In this document: one piece after another, positions 24,958-29,673 of the stretch | Layout: each line of letters opens with the position of its first letter | Numbering within the stretch: position 1 is the stretch's first letter | From: a virus | Lineage: Duplodnaviria; Caudoviricetes | IMG/VR virus record: IMGVR_UViG_3300020042_005675 | Span: 1 to 29,673 of that record | Reading direction: 5' to 3' (one strand) | Length of the DNA: 29,673 bases | Translations under genes and position numbers: made by a program | The notes under the pieces: generated by a model | Told to the model about the DNA's origin: nothing | The model's input: only the letters and a program-made list of their open reading frames with translations | The model's database searches: none

Positions 24958-25341
24958 ATGACCTTTTTCTTCAACCTTGAATTGCTTGAGTCCACAACAC
25001 AGTGTGACTCTGTAAAATTAGTTGAAATTTTAAGACTGCATTTTATTAGAAAATCTATTCCTAAAAACCAATACAGTAAAATCAAACCGATTTTTAACTT
25101 AAACGGTAATAGTTTTCTAATAAACCCTGCTTCATTATTTACTGATACCAGCACAGATATTGTACACAAAGCACAATACATACGATTAGCGGGGCGTAGA
25201 AATTACGCCATATACAAACATTACGATTACACATATCTAGACCTATCTTATTATTCAGATATAGATTTAAACGCAATAAAACCAAATCCGCTACTAAAAA
25301 TAACAGAAAACAAAATTCACTTCAAATACGAGGAAAAATAA
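24958..25341 (+). CDS. T5-like hypothetical protein
   Basis: Between D10 and D11 with its own promoter. Confidence 0.75.
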   Translation: MTFFFNLELLESTTQCDSVKLVEILRLHFIRKSIPKNQYSKIKPIFNLNGNSFLINPASLFTDTSTDIVHKAQYIRLAGRRNYAIYKHYDYTYLDLSYYSDIDLNAIKPNPLLKITENKIHFKYEEK

Positions 25342-25343
25342 AA

Positions 25344-25985
25344 ATGGCACTTAGTTTTAAAAACACCAAAGGTAAAGCACAATCAAACAAAGTTGATTCT
25401 TATGAATACAAAGATGGCGAAAATACAGTCCGCTTAATTGGCGGAGTTCTACCACGATATATTTATTGGCTGAAAGGCACTAACAACAAAGATATTCCAG
25501 TTGAATGTTTAGCATTTAGTCGTGAAAAAGAAAAGTTTGACAACGTTGAAAAAGATCATGTTACTGAGTATTATCCAGAAGCAAAGTGCTCTTGGAGTTA
25601 TTCTGTAAATTGTATAGACCCTAAGTCACAAAAAGTTGTTGCTCTTAATCTTAAAAAGAAATTGTTTGAGCAAATTGTTACAGCAGCTGAAGATTTAGGA
25701 GACCCTACTGACTATGATACAGGTTGGGATGTTGTGTTTAAACGTGTAAAGACAGGCCCTCTGCCTTTTAATGTTGAGTACACACTACAAGTTTTGCGTT
25801 GCAAGGCTCGCCCATTAACTGACGAAGAGCGTGCTATGGCTGATTCCGCTAAATCTATTGACGAGAAATTCTCTCGCCCTACAGAAGCAGATGTAAAAGC
25901 CTTGTTAGATAAACTCACAACCCAGCAAGATGAAGATGGCGAAGCCCCTTCATCTGAGCAAGAAGCAGTCAAAGAACTTGGTTAA
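25344..25985 (+). CDS. D11: T5 D11-like ssDNA-binding protein
   Basis: GENTVRLIGGVLPRYIYW, KTGPLPFNVEY, acidic tail; synteny with T5. Confidence 0.85.
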   Translation: MALSFKNTKGKAQSNKVDSYEYKDGENTVRLIGGVLPRYIYWLKGTNNKDIPVECLAFSREKEKFDNVEKDHVTEYYPEAKCSWSYSVNCIDPKSQKVVALNLKKKLFEQIVTAAEDLGDPTDYDTGWDVVFKRVKTGPLPFNVEYTLQVLRCKARPLTDEERAMADSAKSIDEKFSRPTEADVKALLDKLTTQQDEDGEAPSSEQEAVKELG

Positions 25986-25992
25986 AAAACTT

Positions 25993-26027
25993 AAGCCCGC
26001 TAAACAAAATGCTTAGCGGGCTTTTCT
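25993..26027 (+). terminator. Intrinsic terminator
   Basis: AAGCCCGCTAA / TTAGCGGGCTT followed by TTCT. Confidence 0.8.
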
Positions 26028-26042
26028 GTCTTATAGGACAAT

Positions 26043-26999
26043 ATGAAAGTATTATTTACAGCCGACCTGCATATTAAATTAGGTCAAAAAAACGTACCTA
26101 TTGAGTGGGCAAAGAATAGGTTTAATATGCTGTGGCAACAACTAGAAACACTACAAGGTGAGTGCGATCTTTTTGTAGTTGGTGGTGATGTTTTTGATAA
26201 ACTTCCTAATATGGAAGAATTAGAAACATATTTTGATTTGGTTAATAGTTGTAAGATTTCAACAATTATTTATGCAGGTAATCACGAAGCAGTTAAAAAG
26301 GACACAACTTTCCTTACTAATCTAAAACAAGTTACGAATCGCTTAAATCCATTAGTAGAAGTTATTGACGACTACTGTAAAATAGAAAATATGGATTTTA
26401 TTCCTTATAATAGATTAAAAGAATTTGAAAAAAATCCTTTTCAAATTCGTGGAAACATTTGTTTTACACACGTTCGCGGAGAAATCCCACCACATGTAAA
26501 GCCTGAAATGGACTTAGAGTTATTTGCTAGCTATGACGTTGTTTTAGCAGGCGATCTACATAGCTATGAAAATTCTCAAAAAAATATTATCTATCCTGGA
26601 AGTCCCGTTACTACTAGCTTTCATCGTGGGAATGTGGCTACTGGTGTTATTTTATTGGATACCCATAGCTTAGATCATGAATGGCGTGAACTACAACTAC
26701 CACAACTTATTCGTCGTACAGTAGCTGTGCATGACCCTAAGCCGCAAACAGACTACGATCACACAATTTATCAAGTTGAAGGCGATATGCAAGAACTTGG
26801 TGAACTAGAAGATTCAGAGTTAATTGATCGTAAAGTAATTAAGCGAGACACAGACTCTGCGCTAATTCTAGACAAAGAAATGTCTATGTCAGAAGAAATT
26901 CGTGAGTATCTAGCATATATTTTAGAATTGCCTGAAGATACTATAGAAAACGTATTAAAAGAGTTTCAAAATCATGCAGACAAAATTGAAACTGAATAG
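26043..26999 (+). CDS. D12: SbcD/Mre11-like nuclease
   Basis: ADLH, GGDVFD, GNHE, THVRG, GDLH, YPGSP. Confidence 0.92.
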   Translation: MKVLFTADLHIKLGQKNVPIEWAKNRFNMLWQQLETLQGECDLFVVGGDVFDKLPNMEELETYFDLVNSCKISTIIYAGNHEAVKKDTTFLTNLKQVTNRLNPLVEVIDDYCKIENMDFIPYNRLKEFEKNPFQIRGNICFTHVRGEIPPHVKPEMDLELFASYDVVLAGDLHSYENSQKNIIYPGSPVTTSFHRGNVATGVILLDTHSLDHEWRELQLPQLIRRTVAVHDPKPQTDYDHTIYQVEGDMQELGELEDSELIDRKVIKRDTDSALILDKEMSMSEEIREYLAYILELPEDTIENVLKEFQNHADKIETE

Positions 27000-27007
27000 A
27001 GACTTTA

Positions 27008-28804
27008 ATGATAACTATAAAACAACTACGATGGGCTAACGCCTTTAGTTACGGAAAAGATAATCAAATTGATTTTGTTTCAGCTCCACTTACACAATTA
27101 GTAGGTAAAAATGGGCACGGTAAAAGTTCTATTGCTTTAATACTAGAAGAAGTATTGTTTAATAAGAACTCAAAAGGTATTAAGAAAGCAGATATTCTTA
27201 ATCGCCATATTAAAGATAAGACTTATAGTATTGAACTAGATTTTAACAGAGATGACATAGACTACACAATTAAGTCTAGTCGTGGCACTGCTCAAACCGT
27301 AAAACTTTTTAAGTCAGGTGTAGATATAAGTGCTCATACGGCAACCGCAACTTATAAAATAATTGAAGACATACTAGGGTTTGATCATAAAAGTTTTGCA
27401 CAAATAGTTTACCAATCTAATGCTAGCAGTTTAGAATTTTTAACTGCTCCTGATACTGCTCGTAAAAAATTTCTTATTGAGATTCTTAATTTAGGCAAGT
27501 ATACTCGTGCTGCTGAAGTTTTTAAAGAAGTTGCAACACAACTTACTAAAGATATTGCTGTAGTGCAGTCGCAGGTAAATACTGTAGCAAGCTGGTTAAA
27601 TAAATATGAAAAAACTGAGCTAACACTAAAAGAACTAATTGCAAGCCCAGAGTTAAATACTTTGCTAATAACAGAGGCGGCAGCTTTAGATTCTAGTATA
27701 AGCAGTATAGAGTCTACTAATAAAAAGATTTCTCAAAACAATACTTACAAGCAACTACAGTCAAAGATTACATTGCTGCCAATTCCAGAAAAGCCTGAAG
27801 AAGGCATGGAAAACTATCAAGCAGAAGTAGCAAAATTATCTAAAACAATTACTGATGCAGAGAGTTTTGTTAGAAAAATGAAAACTCTGGGTGGAACGTG
27901 CCCTACTTGCTTAAGTGACATTGATGAGTCTAAGGTTTCAGAATTAGTAGTAGAAAAAGAAACAGAGGCTGAAAAAGCTCGCTATGCTTCTTCTATGTAC
28001 GACGTAAGAATTAATAATATTAAATATCAAAAAACAGCTTGGCAAGATGCTCAAAAAGCTCAGGAAGATTGGGAAAAGTATCATACTCTAATTGATACAG
28101 AGTTACCAGAAATATTATTAGACAAGCAAACTTTACAACAACAATTTACAGAGTTACAGAATTCAATTGCTGCTACTAAACGTAAAATCGTAGAAGCAGA
28201 GCAATACAACAAAGAAGTGACTGCACACAACACTAAAGTAGACTTAGTATCAAAGCAATTGGTTGAAATGAACCAAGAACTAGAGGTTTATAGTGGTAAA
28301 CTGCACGAGTTAAGCGAGCGCATGAGTATTTTAAATGTTTTAACAAAGACATTTAGTACAACAGGTTTAGTAGCATATAAAATAGAGAGTTTAGTAAAAG
28401 ACTTAGAAGAAATTACAAATAGTTATTTGGTTGATCTAAGTGATGGAAGATTTCAAATTAGTTTTAAAATTAGTGCTAGTGATAAACTAAATGTTGTTAT
28501 TACTGATAATGGAAAAGATATTGAAATACTTGCGTTAAGTGGTGGTGAAAAAGCAAGAGTTAATGTAGCTACTTTGTTAGCTATTAGAAAACTAATGCAA
28601 ACATTGTCTAGTTCTAGAATCAATCTATTAATACTGGATGAAACTGTAGAAACACTTGATACTGATGGTAAAGAAAAGTTAGTAGAAGTATTACTACATG
28701 AAGAACACTTAAACACTTTCTTAGTAAGTCATGGCTTTAGTCATCCCCTGCTAGAAAAGATTAATGTTGTTAAACGTAACAACATATCCCAAATAGAGGT
28801 ATAA
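27008..28804 (+). CDS. D13: SbcC/Rad50-like ATPase
   Basis: GKNGHGKSS, coiled coils, CPTC hook, LSGGE, LILDE, SH. Confidence 0.95.
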   Translation: MITIKQLRWANAFSYGKDNQIDFVSAPLTQLVGKNGHGKSSIALILEEVLFNKNSKGIKKADILNRHIKDKTYSIELDFNRDDIDYTIKSSRGTAQTVKLFKSGVDISAHTATATYKIIEDILGFDHKSFAQIVYQSNASSLEFLTAPDTARKKFLIEILNLGKYTRAAEVFKEVATQLTKDIAVVQSQVNTVASWLNKYEKTELTLKELIASPELNTLLITEAAALDSSISSIESTNKKISQNNTYKQLQSKITLLPIPEKPEEGMENYQAEVAKLSKTITDAESFVRKMKTLGGTCPTCLSDIDESKVSELVVEKETEAEKARYASSMYDVRINNIKYQKTAWQDAQKAQEDWEKYHTLIDTELPEILLDKQTLQQQFTELQNSIAATKRKIVEAEQYNKEVTAHNTKVDLVSKQLVEMNQELEVYSGKLHELSERMSILNVLTKTFSTTGLVAYKIESLVKDLEEITNSYLVDLSDGRFQISFKISASDKLNVVITDNGKDIEILALSGGEKARVNVATLLAIRKLMQTLSSSRINLLILDETVETLDTDGKEKLVEVLLHEEHLNTFLVSHGFSHPLLEKINVVKRNNISQIEV

Positions 28805-29262
28805 TGACAGTAGATCCAAGAGCCAAAGGTGCTAGAACAGAGACCACAGTACGTGATCTACTCAAAAAGCATACAGGTTTATCATGGGAAAGAGTACCTG
28901 GATCAGGCGCTCTTGACCCTAAACATCAGCTTAAGGGCGATTTATACGTTCCTGGGCGAACCAACCTTTGGTGTGTAGAAGTTAAAGGCTATGCGGAAGA
29001 TCACCTTACTTCACACTTACTAACATCCAAAACTCCGCAACTAGTAGAATTCTGGCAACAGACTACTCGTCAAGGCACTCAAGTAAGCAAAAAACCGCTA
29101 CTGATTTTTAAATTTGATCGCAGCAAAGTATTTGTTGCTTTTGATGAGATGCCTAATTCACAAAACTATCGTTGCTTATACTATAACCATGAAGACCACG
29201 AGTTCTATGCTGCACTGCTAGAAGATTGGTTAAAGTGGGAGCAACCAGTATTTGTAACTTGA
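28804..29262 (+). CDS. D14: PD-(D/E)XK Holliday-junction-resolvase-like endonuclease
   Basis: KGARTE, RVPGSGA, GD, VEVK, FWQQT. Confidence 0.88.
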   Translation: MTVDPRAKGARTETTVRDLLKKHTGLSWERVPGSGALDPKHQLKGDLYVPGRTNLWCVEVKGYAEDHLTSHLLTSKTPQLVEFWQQTTRQGTQVSKKPLLIFKFDRSKVFVAFDEMPNSQNYRCLYYNHEDHEFYAALLEDWLKWEQPVFVT

Positions 29263-29287
29263 CAAAACAGCTAAGCAGTGGTATAAT
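29259..29287 (+). promoter_or_regulatory. Perfect sigma70 promoter TTGACA-17-TATAAT
   Basis: -35 contains the D14 TGA stop. Confidence 0.88.
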
Positions 29288-29309
29288 AACAGATTAACAC
29301 ACAAATAAT

Positions 29310-29673
29310 ATGTCAAAAACATTCTCAAAAATTACCGAACAAGAAAATACCTTACTAGTTGTAGACTCACTTAATCTTGCATTTCGCTATAAACATAGTG
29401 GTGCTACAGATTTTGCTGAAGATTACTTACGAACAGTTCAAAGTCTTAAAAAATCATATAAAGCAAGTCATGTTATTATTGCAGGAGATATGGGCTCAAG
29501 CTCTTATCGTAAAGCTATTTATCCTGAATACAAGCAAAATCGTAAAGATAAGTTCGCAGAACAAACCGATGCTGAAAAAGCAGCGTTTGAGTTGTTCTTT
29601 GAAGACTTTACAAAAACACTAGAACATATTGCTGAAAGTACCGACTTTCCAATTTTACGCTTTCAGGGCGTTG
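29310..29673 (+). CDS. D15: Flap endonuclease / 5'-3' exonuclease (3' end outside window)
   Basis: Hand-translated: LLVVDSLNLAFRYKH, GDMGSSSYRKAIYPEYKQNRK, FFEDF, RFQGV. Confidence 0.92.
   Translation, partial: MSKTFSKITEQENTLLVVDSLNLAFRYKHSGATDFAEDYLRTVQSLKKSYKASHVIIAGDMGSSSYRKAIYPEYKQNRKDKFAEQTDAEKAAFELFFEDFTKTLEHIAESTDFPILRFQGV

Noticed and set aside
18558-28804. Inteins, introns or homing endonucleases in replication genes
   Set aside because: Proteins have ordinary lengths with contiguous motifs; no HNH or LAGLIDADG signatures seen
17694-29622. Short nested or antisense ORFs within replication genes, including 29377-29622
   Set aside because: They overlap conserved genes with no motifs; the real frame at the right end is D15 from 29310

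Overview
AT-rich fragment of a lytic T5-like (Demerecviridae-type) siphophage genome, probably infecting a freshwater Betaproteobacterium (Burkholderiales; inferred). Positions 1-6300 are a leftward block of small accessory genes plus ThyX, a metallophosphoesterase and a SleB-type hydrolase. Transcription diverges at about 6300-6450. The rightward part holds a dATP/dGTP diphosphohydrolase-domain gene, UvsE, an LMW-PTP-like phosphatase, ClpP, eight tRNA or tRNA-like genes and the T5 replication module (D3, D2, PC4-like, split NAD ligase, D5, DnaB-like helicase, primase, PolA, D10, D11, D12/D13, D14, partial D15). About 13 near-consensus sigma70 promoters and several intrinsic terminators are visible. 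The most unusual items are: small proteins that look like isolated host interaction modules (HemA dimerisation domain, Burkholderiales histone-H1-like LNPQAAWPFP tail on a membrane anchor, orphan Xre/MbcA antitoxin domain, DksA/TraR zinc finger, AbrB domain); a D-arm-less CAU tRNA-like gene followed by a two-state hairpin; a tRNA-Asp with both invariant tertiary pairs inverted; and fused terminator-promoter cassettes. All family calls are by eye from remembered motifs; no searches were run.
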